A DNA stretch of 64,000 bases from the human T2T-CHM13v2.0 reference genome, Homo sapiens: NCBI RefSeq assembly GCF_009914755.1, contig NC_060931.1; one strand, given 5' to 3'. The notes beneath the pieces are model-generated. The model was not told where the DNA came from. It searched no databases and was given only the letters and a program-made list of their open reading frames with translations. A program made the translations under genes and the position numbers. Positions 14,619 through 31,567 of the stretch are shown here, in pieces. The first letter of the stretch is position 1. The number at the start of each line of letters is the position of its first letter.

Positions 14619-15592
14619 TGAAGTGGCTACATTGTCTAGGGTATATACCCAGGGTTTGTCATCTCGTGCCTGGAAAATTTTGGACACAAACACACATGAG
14701 GAGCTTAGGAGCAGAGGTTTAATAGGCAGAAGAAAAGAAAAGAAAAACAGCTCTCTCTCTCTAGAGAGAGGGGCCTTCTGAGTGAAAAAGACCAGCTGGT
14801 GGCAGATGTGCTGGATTTTATAGTCTGGCTTGAGGAGGTGGTGTCTGATTTATGCAGGGCTCACAGATTGGCTTAATCAAGTATGACATTTACATAGTGC
14901 ATGGGGAAGGCTGGTCTCTCTACCCTAATCTTATTATGCAAATGAACTTTCCCCTTGGCCAGCTCCATCTTGTCTGCTCCCTACTGTACATGTGACTGGC
15001 AGAGAAGGGAATATGAAGCCACCATCTCGAACACGTCTAGTCCCTAGTTCCTGCCAGCATTCACCCGTGCAAGCCCCCAGCTTGCTTGTCTATGTCTGCA
15101 GCTGGACTTTACAGGCTGCTCTTTGTTAGAAAATGTTTTGAGGCTGCTTTTCATTAAAAAGAAAAGCCTTACTGAGGACTCCCATACCCTTACTATCTGC
15201 CTAAGTGATTTCTTCTTAACTCCTATGTTAGTCTGTTTTCACACTGCTGATAAAGACTTACCAGAGACTGGGCAATTCACAAAAGAAAGAGGTTTCATTA
15301 GAATTACAGTTTCATGTGGCTGGGGATGCCTCACAATCATGGCAGAAAGCAAGGAGGAGCAAGTCACATCTTACGTGGATGGCGGCAAGCAAAGAAAGGA
15401 GCGCTTGTGCAGGTAAGCTCCCTTTTTATAACCATCAGATCTCGTTAGACATATTCATTATCATGACAACAGCACGGGAAAGACTTGCCCCCATGATTCA
15501 ATTACCTACCACTGGGTGCCTCCCACAACACATGGGAATTCAAGATGAGATTTGGGTGTGGATACAGCCAAACCATATCAGCTTCGATATCA
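14619..15592 (-). mobile_element. 3' LTR (LTR9-like), interrupted by a THE1 LTR
   Basis: Direct repeat of 22289-22908. Its terminal 7 bp (gatatca, 15586-15592) lie beyond the THE1 insert, next to the PPT (GAGAAGGGGAA on the minus strand). Confidence 0.85.
15224..15580 (-). mobile_element. THE1 solo LTR nested in the ERV 3' LTR
   Basis: tatgttagtctgttttcacactgctgataaagac...aaccatatca, with a degraded TSD ACTCC/GCTTC. Confidence 0.9.
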
Positions 15593-15949
15593 TTCCCCTT
15601 CTCAGGAGTGGTAACCCTAACTGCTGTTAGAGGGTGTTGGGCGACAACTCTTTCTGGCTACTTCCTGCTGAAAAGGGGTGTTGTGTGGGGAACAGCAGCT
15701 AGGGCTTCTAGGGTTGATCTAAGTGTCCTTGGAAGAAAGGCGTGTCATGTGTGGTTAAGTCTGTAGCACCATTTGGAGTTTGATTGCTTCTAGGTGAGAG
15801 GAAACAATTCAAATTATAGTATTGAGTAGACAAGGTCCAAACATTAATATAAAACACATGAGCAAGAGGAGGCTTAATAGTGGAACTAACCAGTTGTACA
15901 AAGACTGGATGACTGGATGACTGAATGGATGACTGGAACTGAGTAGGAT

Positions 15950-18900
15950 GAGTAGCCCTTGCTCATTTTCTTATCTCTTTTGATTTTCAGCTTCAGGTCT
16001 CTTATTTCCTCACATTGGTATCCAAGACATTCCGCTGGGCTGCCGGGGATTGCTCTCTCAGTTTTCCAGGCTTTAACTTGAGCATGATGTATCCAGGAAT
16101 CAATACCTGTAACTTTTACTGCTGAGGGCATTGAAAGGAGAATGGTGTAAGGCCCTCCCTGCTTGGGCTTAGAGAAGGAGAGAGAGAAGGTAGAGACTTT
16201 ACCAATACCAAATATCCTGGGTTAAATAAAGGTGGTCCTACTTCTTGGGGTTGGGCTTCTGCTACTTGAGTTAATTCCTGTTGAAAACGAGCCAGAGAGT
16301 TTACATGCTTGCCCAATTCAGAGGTCTCTTGGTCTAATAAGAAATCATTGGTGAGAAAAGGCCATCCATACAGCATCTCAAAAGGGCTTAGATCTAACTT
16401 TGAAGGGGCGTTTCTTACCTGCAGTAAAGCCATAGGAAGAAGAGTAACCCAAGGAAGATGAGTTTCTTGGGACAGTTTCCTGAGGTGTCTTTTGATGACA
16501 TCGTTTGTCTTCTGTAGTTTTCCTGAGGACTGGGGTCTCCAAACTCAATGGAGATGATACTGTATACCTAGTGCCTTTGAGGCTACCTGTGTGATGGCTG
16601 CTTCAAATGAGGGGCCATTTCACTTTGGAGGCACTTAAGTAGACCAACACAGGGAATAATTTCATTAACTAACATCTTTACTACCTCAGAGGCCTTTTCT
16701 GTATGCTATGGAAATGCTTCTACCCAGTTAGTGAATGTAGATACCCATACCAGGAGGTATTGGATGTCCTTCATCTTTGGCATGTCGGTGAAGTCTATCT
16801 ACCAGTCCTCCCCTAGAGAGCATCCCATCCTTTGGATTTGAGGAGGAAGGGACTGTCTGTTCATGGGATTACTATTAAGAAAGACTTCGCAAGCATTAAC
16901 AACCTGTTTTACTGTTCTTAGTAAGTTCTCTCCTGAAAACAATCTTTGGGCACATTGATAAGTTTTATCCTTTCTCAAGTGAAAAGCTTGGTGATGGAAT
17001 TTAAAGACTTTCCACTGGCTGGAGGCTGGCAAGTGGACCTTGCCATCCTCTGACTACAGCCATTCTGAGGGCTGGAAGGTATACCCTTGAGAAGTGGCCC
17101 GTTCTATTTCTGCAGGGGAATACTGAGGCTAGATTTCTCTTATGGAGCCTTCCCAGAGTAGAGGGGCTTGAAGTGTGTTGATGTCATAAGACTTCCTTGC
17201 TGCTGACTTGGCTGCCTGATCAGCTAGCTTGTTTCCTTAGGCTATTTCATTTACTCCCTTCTGATGTCCCTTACAATGCATCACTGCTACCTCTTGTGGA
17301 GGGAAAACTGAGGATAATTACTTGTTAATTTCCTGATGGTATTTAATAGAAGACCCATTGGTGGTAAGAAAGTACCTTTCCTTCCAAATGGTAGCATGAG
17401 CATGGAGAACTAGGAAAGCATACTTGAGTCAGTGTAAATGTTAGCTACCTTTCCCTTGCTTAACTCAAGTGTAAGAGCTGTCAGTTCAGTTAGTTGAGCA
17501 CTTGTGCCTGGAGAGAGAGACAATAACATCATTCAGAGTGACTACTGCATATCCTGCCTTATGGATTCTTTGCTCTACAAAGGAGCTTCCATCCATGAAG
17601 AGGGTCCAATCTGGATTTTTCTAGGGGAGTTTCCCTGAGATCTTCCCTGGCTGCATAGATCTGTACCACGACTTGTTCACAGTCACATTTAGGTTTCCCA
17701 GCTCCCTCAGGGAGGAAAGTGTCTGGGTTTAAGTGAGAGAAAGTTTTTAACTGGATGGTGGAACCCTCTAACAATAAAGCTTGATATTTAAGGAAACTGC
17801 TGTCTGTTCACCAAAGGCTTCCCTTAGAGGACAGGAAACCCGCCATATTATGTGGGGTATAAACAGTCAAGTCATTTCCCAAGTTTAATTTGGAGGCTTC
17901 TGGGACCAGTAGGGCCACCGGGGCAATGGCTCAGAGGCATGCTGGCCATCCTTTAGCCACCAAATCAAGTTCCTTACTCAAATAACCCACTGGCTGTTGT
18001 TTGTCCTCAGGTCTGCGTTAAGACTCTCAGGGCCATCCCCTTCCTTTCTGATACTTAGAGTTTGAAGGCCTTTCCTATGGGAAGGCTAAGAGCTGGTGCC
18101 TTAAGTAGGGCCTGCTTTAGCTGGTTAAAGGCCTTTTGAGCTTCAGGTTCCCAGGTTAGGAGATGAGTTGTAAGCTGATGGAGTTTCTCTTATGAGGTGA
18201 CACAGAAAATGAGCTATCTCACTGTACTCAGCCTGCAAAATTCTGTAATGCCCCAAAATCCTCTTAGTTGCTGGAGGGTTTGGGGAGGGGGAAGGAGGAA
18301 ATGTGCTTAATCCTTTCTTCCCCTAATGCTTTGGTCCCTTCAGACAGCACTAAACCCAGAAACTTCACTGAGGTTTTGCAAAGCTGGGCCTTGGATTTTG
18401 AAACCTTATATCCTCTGTCAGCTAATAAATTAAAAAGAGCTTCAGTGCCTTCCTGAGAAGCTTCCTCAGTTGGGGTACAGAGCAATATATCACCCACATA
18501 TTGCAAAATCTTGACCTGAAGATGTGAAAACTCAGTGAGGTCTTTTGATAATGCCTGTCCAAACAAATGAAGGATATCTCAAAATCCCCAAGGCAGCACC
18601 ATCCATGTTAACTGGATGGTTTGGTCAGAGGCATCTTTGAAGGCAGACAGGTATTGAGAGTAAAGATGTAATGGTATAAAGAAGAAGGCGTTCTTTAAAT
18701 CTAGGACTGTAAACCATTTAGTTCCCTCAGATATTTGGGTCAGCAAGGTATAGCGATTAGGTACTACTGGATGGATTGGGACTTTGGCCGCATTAATGAG
18801 GCAGAGGTCCTGAACTACTCTTCATTACCCATTGGGTTTTTGCACTCCTAATATTAGGTTTTTGTAGGAGCTGTTACAGGGTTTGAGAGGACCCTGTATC

Positions 18901-19444
18901 TTCAGGTTATTAATAATAGCTTCTAGCCCTTTCCTAGCCTCTGGGTTTAGGGAATATTGCTCCTGGTTAGGAAAAGAAGTGGGATCCCTAAGATATATCT
19001 GAACTGGCTAGTGGTTAAAGCTTGACCAATTTTCCCTTGAGTTGTCCACACTTACGGATTGATATTAGCTTCTACCAGTGGGAGACAAAGCTATTGTCCT
19101 GGGGCTATAAGGATGCTGGCCCTCATGCAAGCTAAAACGTCTCTACCTAATAAATGAGTGGGGCTTTCTGGCATGATTAAAAAGCCATGTGTAAACATTA
19201 GGTTTCCTCATCTGCAACTAAGGAGTTGAGAAAAATATCAATTTAGAGTTTTTTTTGAGATGCCCCTGATGGTTGTGTTATAAGAAGAGCAGAGGCCTGG
19301 ATTAGAGAGGAAAGGAGAGAGGCTGGCTTCAGTGTCCAGAAGGAGATCTACCTTCATTCCTTCAATTTCCAGAATCATCTCAGGCTCCAGTGCTGTAATG
19401 GCAGCTTGAGCTGCTGAAGCCAGGCGTTTGAACCCTGGGATCCA
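15950..19444 (-). pseudogene. pol: ERV pro-pol remnants (protease, RT, RNase H, integrase)
   Basis: ORF fragments at 18264-18566 (RT, YVDD changed to YVGD), 17559-17774, 16799-17032, 16116-16433 and 15886-16131. Many stops and frameshifts. Confidence 0.85.
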
Positions 19445-20803
19445 TCAGTCCTGTTGGGCCATCTGTGAGACTGGTTCTGAACCCAGTGACCTTCATCTTC
19501 AAGGGCAGTCTGATTTCCAGTGGTCCCTGCCACATGCTGAACAGGGTCATGGTGGTTTCTTCTTGCTACCTGGACACTCCTTCTTAAAGTGCCCTGACTT
19601 GCCACACTGATAGCAACTAGTGGATGCACCTTGGGGATCCTGGACTTTGCCAGGCTTCAAAGCAGCTATTAGAGCCTCTGTCCTTCCCTTTTCTTCCTTT
19701 CTTTCTCCTGGTTCTCCTCCTGGTTCCTATTATAAAAGACTGAGGTGGCCACCTTCAGAGAGTTCTCTAAGGTACTATCTGGTCCTATAGCCTGCTTCTG
19801 CAGTTTCCTTTTAATATTGGGAGCTGCCTGTGTAATAAAATTGTATTTTAGGATGAATTGTCCCTCCACTGACTCAGGGAATAGGGTTGTGTGCTTTATT
19901 AGTGCCTCTCTCAGTCATTCCATAAAGGCTGCAGTATTTTCTTCTCATGGACAGTTTAGGGTAATTAAGGGGTTTGGCCCTAGTTCTTTATAGGCCCTCC
20001 AATACACACATTAAAAAATGTTTTCTTTTCCATTCATCTGTAGCACCACTGGGATTCCAGTTAGGGTTGTCAAGAGGAACTGCTTCTATTGGGAATGGTG
20101 TTTCCCTTTCCTATTTTCTCTTTTCCTTTTAGACCTAGGGTTTGGCTTAGGAGCAGTGTAACATCCCTCCATGAGAGGTCAAATACCCGAGTTAAATTTT
20201 GGAAGGCTTTTACATATTTATTAGGGTCATCGGAAAATTGGCCTAAGTCTCCCTTTACTTGCCCGAGGTCCTAAAATGAGAAGGGAACTTGAACCCTAGT
20301 GACATCACCTCCATTGTTCATTTCCTGTAGGGGTAAGAGTGAAGGTCGGGGAGTGGGAAATTTTGGAGATGGTGGAGGTAGAAGAGCTGGTGGTGTGGTT
20401 GGAAGTGGCCCCAGATAAGGGGAACTAGAAGGGCTGGGATACCCAACAGCTGCCTCAGATGGTTTCCCCAGAAGTTGCTTTTCTAGTCTTGGGGAATCAT
20501 TCAGTTTGGTCCTGCCAGATATGATTGCTAAAAGGGCTGGGTTGATTGTGCAATGCTTGCAAAGTCTGGGTTGTCTTGCAGGGCAAAGAAAGCCTATGCA
20601 TAAGTTACCTTGGACCATTTTCCTCCTGTCTGCAGAAAAGATCTAATTGTTGGATAATATTAAAATTAAGGCTCCCTTCCAAGGTCATGCCCTCATGCAA
20701 AAGAAAATGAACTGCTTTTTGTTCAAAGTCTCAGGGTCAAAGAGTCCTTGTGTTTCAGAATGCACTCCAGAGGGGTGCAGGCTGAAGATGGTCTGTTACC
20801 CAT
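19445..20803 (-). pseudogene. gag: ERV gag remnant
   Basis: ATG at 20803, proline-rich linker (20271-20618), capsid FITQAAPNIKRKLQK, CCHC knuckle at ~19570-19615, in-frame TGA (QQD*WIPG) at 19445-19447. Confidence 0.8.
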
Positions 20804-22266
20804 TTAGAAAGAGAAGTGAGAAAAAGGCATTCCTTTAGTCTCCTTACTTTTCGTGCGACCCAGGGTGGATGGGAAGACAGTGGGGGTGTCCCCGCTGCTG
20901 GTTTTTTTCTCCATGGTTCCTGGGTGCCGGTAAGTTGTTGAATGTGCTGCCCATGGTTGCAGGCATGACCTCCAGCTGTGGAAACAGAGGAACTAAGAGA
21001 CTGGGATTAGTCATAGTCATCCATGTGATTTTAGTCCTCTGCCTGTGATTTCCCTTTGACTTCCTAGACTTTTGTGACCTACCTGGCTCCTCAGGAAAAA
21101 AAAAAAAAAAAAAAAGGATCTTGGGAGAGACAATGTGACAGTTGCATTCAGGCAACTGTTGCACTTCCCTCCTTAACAGAGGTAGTGTGCTAGTTTGAGC
21201 TCTATATACTGCTGTTATAGCCCATGCTAAAGCCTTCACCCTTAGAGAATGGTTCTGGTTAACTTCTGAACTTAAAATTCCCTTACTAATTAAGTACCAT
21301 TCTAATTGGAGGCAGAATAGGTGCCTTAAAATAACATAGGGACTAAATGACTATTGATGGGACAGTATAGAGACTAAAATTTGGCTTTGGAGGATATTTT
21401 ACTCCTAGTTGTTGAAGGCAGAATTTTCCAGTTTACAGAAGCAACATGAAGCCTGATTTCTAGTAGAGAAGTGCAAAAAAAGAAGAGAATTGGGAAGCTA
21501 GAGTGTTTTGGTAAAGGACCTACAATGTGCCTCATGGAGAGGATCCCTATTCCACTAGGTGGTGCTGTTGACCTTGAAATGCCATGTGCTGTCCAGACCA
21601 AGGGCAGAGAGAGACCTGGAAGTTCCATGTGCTCTCCAGACCAACGGCAGAGAGTGATACTCACTGTGGGAGGGGGGACCCTCTCTTCCTAGAAAATCAC
21701 AAAGACACCCTTTGAGTTATATCCCTGGTTACTACGACATTCCCTGATCTTGCCAAACAAGATTACTTCCCTGAACTGTAAAACTTCCCACACATTGCAT
21801 ACACAGAGAGGATAGGAGATATGGTGGTTGCAGATAGGAAAGGAGGAAATTATGATAGGAAAGTTGGAGATCCTGTTGCTGGCACCCCATTGGGTGGTCG
21901 GAGGCTGGGGTCAGTCTAGAAGCCTTTGGATAACACTGGGGAGTAGCCCCAGCCAGAAATCTTCAGTCACTTCAAAACCTCTTCCAGCCCCCCGTAACAT
22001 CTAAGTCCTCCATGAAAGTAAGCTGGTTCAAACATAGCTAATATGCCCAGGAACTCGTGGGTACTGGGGGATTCTCCATGTTCTCCCCAGCGAGCCTCAC
22101 ATGCAAGTCTTTAAGAATGACAGCCATGCTGTGTTTTTAACTGGCTAACGGATGCCCATTATTGATTTGATTTGCTTCTAAAATAGAGGCTGAGAGCCCT
22201 GAAAACAGAGGACAAAGTTGGAGTCCGCTCCTCTACTCACTGTTTCAGTGAATGTTGTGCTTTGGT

Positions 22267-22286
22267 ATCCTAGACGAGGTCCCCCA
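22267..22286 (-). promoter_or_regulatory. Primer binding site, tRNA-Pro-like
   Basis: Minus strand TGGGGGACCTCGTCTAGGAT directly after the 5' LTR resembles TGGGGGCTCGTCCGGGAT. Confidence 0.75.
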
Positions 22287-22288
22287 TA

Positions 22289-22908
22289 TGAAGTGGCTAC
22301 ATTGTCTGGGGTATACACCCAGGATTCGTCTTCTCTCACCAGGAAAATTTAGGACATGAACACACATGAGGAGTTTAGGAGTGGAGGTTTAATAGGCAGA
22401 AGAAAAGAGAAAGAAAAACAGCTCTCTCTCTCTCTAGAAAGAGGGTTCTTTGAGTGGAAAAGTGGAAAAGACCAGCTGGTGGCACATGTGCCAGATTTTA
22501 TAGTTCAGCTTGAGGAGGTGGTGTCTGATTTATGTAGGGCTCATGGATTGGTTTGATCAGGTATGACGTTTACATAGTGTGTGGGGAAGGCTGGTCTCTC
22601 CACCCTAATCCTATAATGGAAATGAACTTTCCCCTTGGCCAGCACCATCTTGTCTGCTCCTTACTGTACACATGGCTGGCAGAGAGGGAAGATGGAGCTG
22701 CCATCTTGAACATGTCTAGTCCCTAGTTCCTGCCAGCATTCACCCGTGCAAACTCCCAGCTTGCTTGTCTGCGTCTGCAGCTGGACTTTACAGGCTGCTC
22801 TTTGTTAGAAAATGGTTTGGGGCTGCTTTTCATTAAAAAGAAAGCCTTACTGAAGACTCCCATACCCTTGCTACCTGCCTAAGTGATTTCTTCTTAACTC
22901 CTGTAGCA
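22289..22908 (-). mobile_element. 5' LTR (LTR9-like)
   Basis: Minus strand begins TGCTACAGGAGTTAAGAAGAAATCACTTAGGCAG, 620 bp long. Confidence 0.85.
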
Positions 22909-24888
22909 GTGTCTTGTTCTCAGGTATAGCATTCCTCCTCAGCCCTTCACAGGATTATTTAAGTATCAAAAGCTACAACATAAAGAGAGTACCTGGCACA
23001 GTGTTTGATGCACAGTAAACATTCAGTATGTCCTACAGTCATACTGATTTCTTTTATTCAGGATTCAAAAAGCTTAACATACAATAATGAGTTTTTTTTC
23101 AAACTGTGGTCAAAATATTATTTTTTTCTAGAATTTTACAGCCAGAAAAGCCTTAAACCACAAATCTTAATTCTGTAAATGAAGGAACAGCTCTAATGAA
23201 GTGAGATGATGTGTCCAAGGTGGGATAGTTAATTAGTGATCTGATGTTGGCAGGAGAGACTCCATTTCTTACAGAGATCTCTTAGGGAGATATGCACCTA
23301 TATTTCCCAATTTCCTCTCTTAGGTTTATCAGTGACTTGACATGCACAATCAGAATTTACCTTGAACTCTGCCCAAAGGCTCCTTTTGCCTGATCTAGAT
23401 AACATATTTTTGTGTAGCAGTTTGACAAAGTATGACTTATTATAAACTGTAACTATATAACATTTAAACAAACTTAGAAATTTTATCTAGCTTTTGCAGG
23501 CAGTTAAATATATTTTAGCCCATTTCATTTTAAAAACATTGTCACCATTTATTTTACCACATATATAAATTAAGATATAAATACAAGGTAAATTGGGGAC
23601 TAAACTTTAAGAATCAGAGTTGGTAGTTTCTCATTCTCTAAACAGGCTTTATTTCATATTTGAAAGCATAAGTGAAAATTTATACTGAACATAGAATTAC
23701 CATTTACATAATCATGTAAGTGTGATAGATGGAGAACAATTACCTGTGAATGTGGGCAATATGCCCAGACCAGAGAGACCACTTTCTGAAATGAGAATAA
23801 CAATATTTCTATGAGTTCAAGGATTCTTCACAAAACAGTCATCCTAGTTGGATTGATTTACTAAAAAGTAGAAGCCAATGAGTTACAGAGTTACTTAAAT
23901 GATAGCTGCACAAAATATTTTTGGTTACCATTTAATTATAATTACACCCAACTTAAAAGGGATCCTTCTCATAAGATACATTTTTTTCTCTAAAGAATCA
24001 TTTGCTAATACACATCGTTCCAGTCTAAATAGAGTGGACATATAAATTATAATCTAAATAAAAAATTTTTGCTAATAATTATGCAGGACAATAGGTATAA
24101 ATTATCCTGGGAAAACCACACTATATGGTATTGTTAAGGGCATAACTGAAATAATGCATAGGGTTAACAAAATGGGAAAAGGTGAAGTTACTATTGATGC
24201 CTTCTCATTTTCCTTTCTTTGTACTTTTCACTACTTCTGATGCCTTATCTTTTATTGTGCTTCAGCCTCTCTTGATACCCTACCATGGGGTGTCTTGATG
24301 CTGTCTCTAGGTACTGTTGTGCACACCAATATTATTCCCTTTTCAGGTGAAAGCTGCTGTTCTCCTCAATGCTTATATTAAATTTAAATCATAACTTGGT
24401 GCAGAGTACAAGAACATTTTTAATGTCAAACAGTTCTATGTTTGAGCTTCATTCCCCCACTCTCTAGCTGTGTAGCTTTGGACAAGTTACATAACCACTC
24501 TTTTCCTTATTTTTGTATAAATTTCTGGATAATGCCATCTATTGAGGAGCTTAAAGGAGTATGTTCAGTTAGAATGGGATGAGCTCTGCTAGATACCCAA
24601 CTCAAAGAGCTGTGGACTTGAGAATCTATTCTCTACCCGTTATATGAGGTTAAGCCAAAGACAGGACATTTTATCTCCCAAGCCAAAGTGTCATTTTGTC
24701 ACACAACAATGATCCTTCTTTTCCTTTTGCTCCTTTACTTGAAGTCACTTGTAGTCCTCCATGATTTGAGATATAGATAGAGGAAAGACTGTATGATTGT
24801 AATTCTTTCATTTTAAGAATTAATATTTGGCTTTACTATAATCACCCAGTACCAAGATGTTGAGATGAATGTTTCAAAATGCTGAGAT

Positions 24889-25195
<307 letters not shown>

Positions 25196-25304
25196 CAAAA
25201 TGCTGTAACTCACCAGAAGACAGGACAGGGTCTCCTAAGGTATTCTCTAACAAGGTAAGTAATTGGATTATGATGGAAAGATGAGGAAGGTATTATTCTC
25301 TTTC

Positions 25305-25670
25305 TTTTTTTTTTTAAATAATTCTGCAAATTTTGTTCATTTTCTCTTCATCAGATCAAAATTCTTATGTGTATTTAGTACTTCAAAAATCCATTTGAAA
25401 AGCATAAACTAATGTAATGATTATTAAACATGGCTTTGAATCATGAGAAATAAAAAAATTAACCCGCAAACAATGTGTTATTTGCAGACATTTCAATAAC
25501 AATTTGAATCTCTTCTTATCTATGCAGTCAGAAACAAAACATGATAATCATAAACGTAAAAGAGTCCTTTTTTTTTTTAAGTACAGAGCAAGAATTCTAC
25601 ACATCTGGTCATAATTTAGCAGTTTTTTTTCATATTATAACATGCATTTTAAATGTATATTTCAATTGCT
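25305..25670 (-). other. L1-mediated 3' transduction with its own poly(A)
   Basis: Unique sequence between the L1 tail and an 11-nt poly-T. It lies inside the TSD tattctctttctt (25294-25306 and 31712-31724). Confidence 0.8.
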
Positions 25671-25897
25671 ATTTATTTATTTATTTATTAATATTTTACT
25701 TTAAGTTTTAGGGTACATGTGCACAATGTGCAGGTTAGTTACATATGTATACCTGTGCCATGCTGGTGCACTGCACCCACTAACTCGTCATCTAGCATTA
25801 GGTATATCTCCCAATGCTATCCCTCCCCCCTTCCCCCACCCCACAACAGTCCCCAGAGTGTGATGTTCCCCTTCCTGTTTCCATGTGTTCTCATTGT

Positions 25898-29739
<3,842 letters not shown>

Positions 29740-29751
29740 TTATTTTTCTCA

Positions 29752-30804
29752 TTAGTTCATGCAGTTTCTTCCTAGTCTCAATGGTCTGTACATTTTGGCA
29801 TGATTTTGCAGCAGCTGGTACCGGTTGTTCCTTTCCATGTTTAGCGCTTCCTTCAGGAGCTCTTTTAGGGCAGGCCTGGTGGTGACAAAATCTCTCAGCA
29901 TTTGCTTGTCTGTAAAGTATTTTATTTCTCCTTCACTTATGAAGCTTAGTTTGACTGGATATGAAATTCTGGGTTGAAAATTCTTTTCTTTAAGAATATT
30001 GAATATTGGCCCCCACTCTCTTCTGGCTTGTAGAGTTTCTGCCAAGAGATCTGCTGTTAGTCTGATGGGCTTCCCTTTGAGGGTAACCCGACCTTTCTCT
30101 CTGGCTGCCCTTAGCATTTTTTCCTTCATTTCAACTTTGGTGAATCTGACAATTATGTGTCTTGGTGTTGCTCTTCTCGAGGGGTATCCTTGTGGCGTTC
30201 TCTGTATTTCCTGAATCTGAATGTTGGCCTGCCTTGCTAGATTGGGGAAGTTCTCCTGGATAATATCCTGCAGAGTGTTTTCCATCTTGGTTCCATTCTC
30301 CCCGTCACTTTCAGGTACACCAATCAGATGTAGATTTGGTCTTTTCACATGGTCCCATATTTCTTGGAGGCTTTGCTCATTTCTTTTTATTCCTTTTTCT
30401 CTAAACTTCCCTTCTCGCTTCATTTCATTCATTTCATCTTCCATCGCTGATACCCTTTCTTCCAGTTTATCACATCGGCTCCTGAGGCTTCTGCATTCTT
30501 CACGTAGTTCTCGAGCCTTGGTTTTCAGCTCCATCAGCTCCTTTAAGCACTTCTCTGTATTGGTTATTCTCGTTATACATTCTTCTAAATTTTTTTCAAA
30601 GTTTTCAACTTCTTTGCCTTTGGTTTGAGTGTTCTCCCGTAGCTCGGAGTAATTTGATCATCTGAAGCCTTCTTCTCTCAGCTCGTCAAAGTCTTTCTCC
30701 GTCCAGCTTTGTTCCATTGCTGGTGAGGAACTGCGTTCCTTTGGAGGAGGAGAGGTGCTCTGCTTTTTAGAGTTTCCAGTTTTTCTGCTCTGTTTTTTCC
30801 CCAC
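29752..30804 (-). pseudogene. ORF1: L1 ORF1p, disrupted
   Basis: ATG changed to GTG at 30804, CGA changed to TGA at 30658-30660, normal stop lost (reads through to 29752). REKG and ARREWG motifs present. Confidence 0.9.
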
Positions 30805-31258
30805 CTTTGTGGTTTTATCTACTTTTGGTCTTTGATGATGGTGATGTACAGATGGGTTTTTGGTGTGGATGTCCTTTCAGTTTGTTAGTTTTCCTTCGAA
30901 CAGACAGGACCCTCAGCTGCAGGTCTGTTGGAGTACCCGGCTGTGTGAGGTGTCAGTCTGCCCCTGCTGGGGGGTGCCTCCCAGTTAGGATGCTCGGGGG
31001 TCAGGGGTCAGGGACCCACTTGAGGAGGCAGTCGGCCCATTCTCAGATCTCCAGCTGCGTGCTGGGAGAACCACTGCTCTCTTCAAAGCTGTCAGACAGG
31101 GACATTTAAGTCTGCAGAGGTTATGCTGTCTTTTTCTTTGTCTGTGCCCTGCCCCCAGAGGTGGAGCCTACAGAGGCAGGCAGGCCTCCTTGAGCTGTGG
31201 TGGGCTCCACCCAGTTCGAGCTTCCTGGCTGCTTTCTTTACCTAAGCAAGCCTGGGCA

Positions 31259-31567
31259 ATGGCGGGCGCCCCTCCCCCAGCCTCGCCGCCGCCTTGCAGT
31301 TTGATCTCAGACTGCCGTGCTAGCAATCAGCGAGACTCCGTGGGCGTAGGACCCTCTGAGCCATGTGCGGGATATAATCTCCTGGTGCGCCATTTTTTAA
31401 GCCTGTCGGAAAAGCGTGGTATTCGTGTGGGAGTGACCCGATTTTCCAGGTGCCGTCTGTCACCACTTTCTTTGACTAGGAAAGGGAACTCCCTGACCCC
31501 TTGCCCTTCCCGAGTGAGGCAATGGCTCACCCTGCTTCGGTTTGCACACAGTGTGCGCACCCCCTGA
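31259..31567 (+). CDS. ORF0: L1 antisense ORF0 (open, 102 aa)
   Basis: MAGAPPPASPPPCSLISDCRASNQRDSVGVGPSEP... in the L1 5'UTR antisense strand. Expression unknown. Confidence 0.65.
   Translation: MAGAPPPASPPPCSLISDCRASNQRDSVGVGPSEPCAGYNLLVRHFLSLSEKRGIRVGVTRFSRCRLSPLSLTRKGNSLTPCPSRVRQWLTLLRFAHSVRTP

Larger units (their letters stand above)
14619..22908 (-). mobile_element. Class I endogenous retrovirus, probably LTR9/HUERS-P3, degenerate gag-pro-pol, no env
   Basis: Two ~620 bp LTRs with TG...CA ends, tRNA-Pro-like PBS, PPT, 4-bp TSD GTAT/GTGT. Gag start MGNRPSSACTPLECIL, zinc knuckle CYQCGKSGHFKKEC, protease LLDTEA, RT LQYVGDILL, integrase WIHHAQVK. Inserted into a MIR. Confidence 0.85.
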
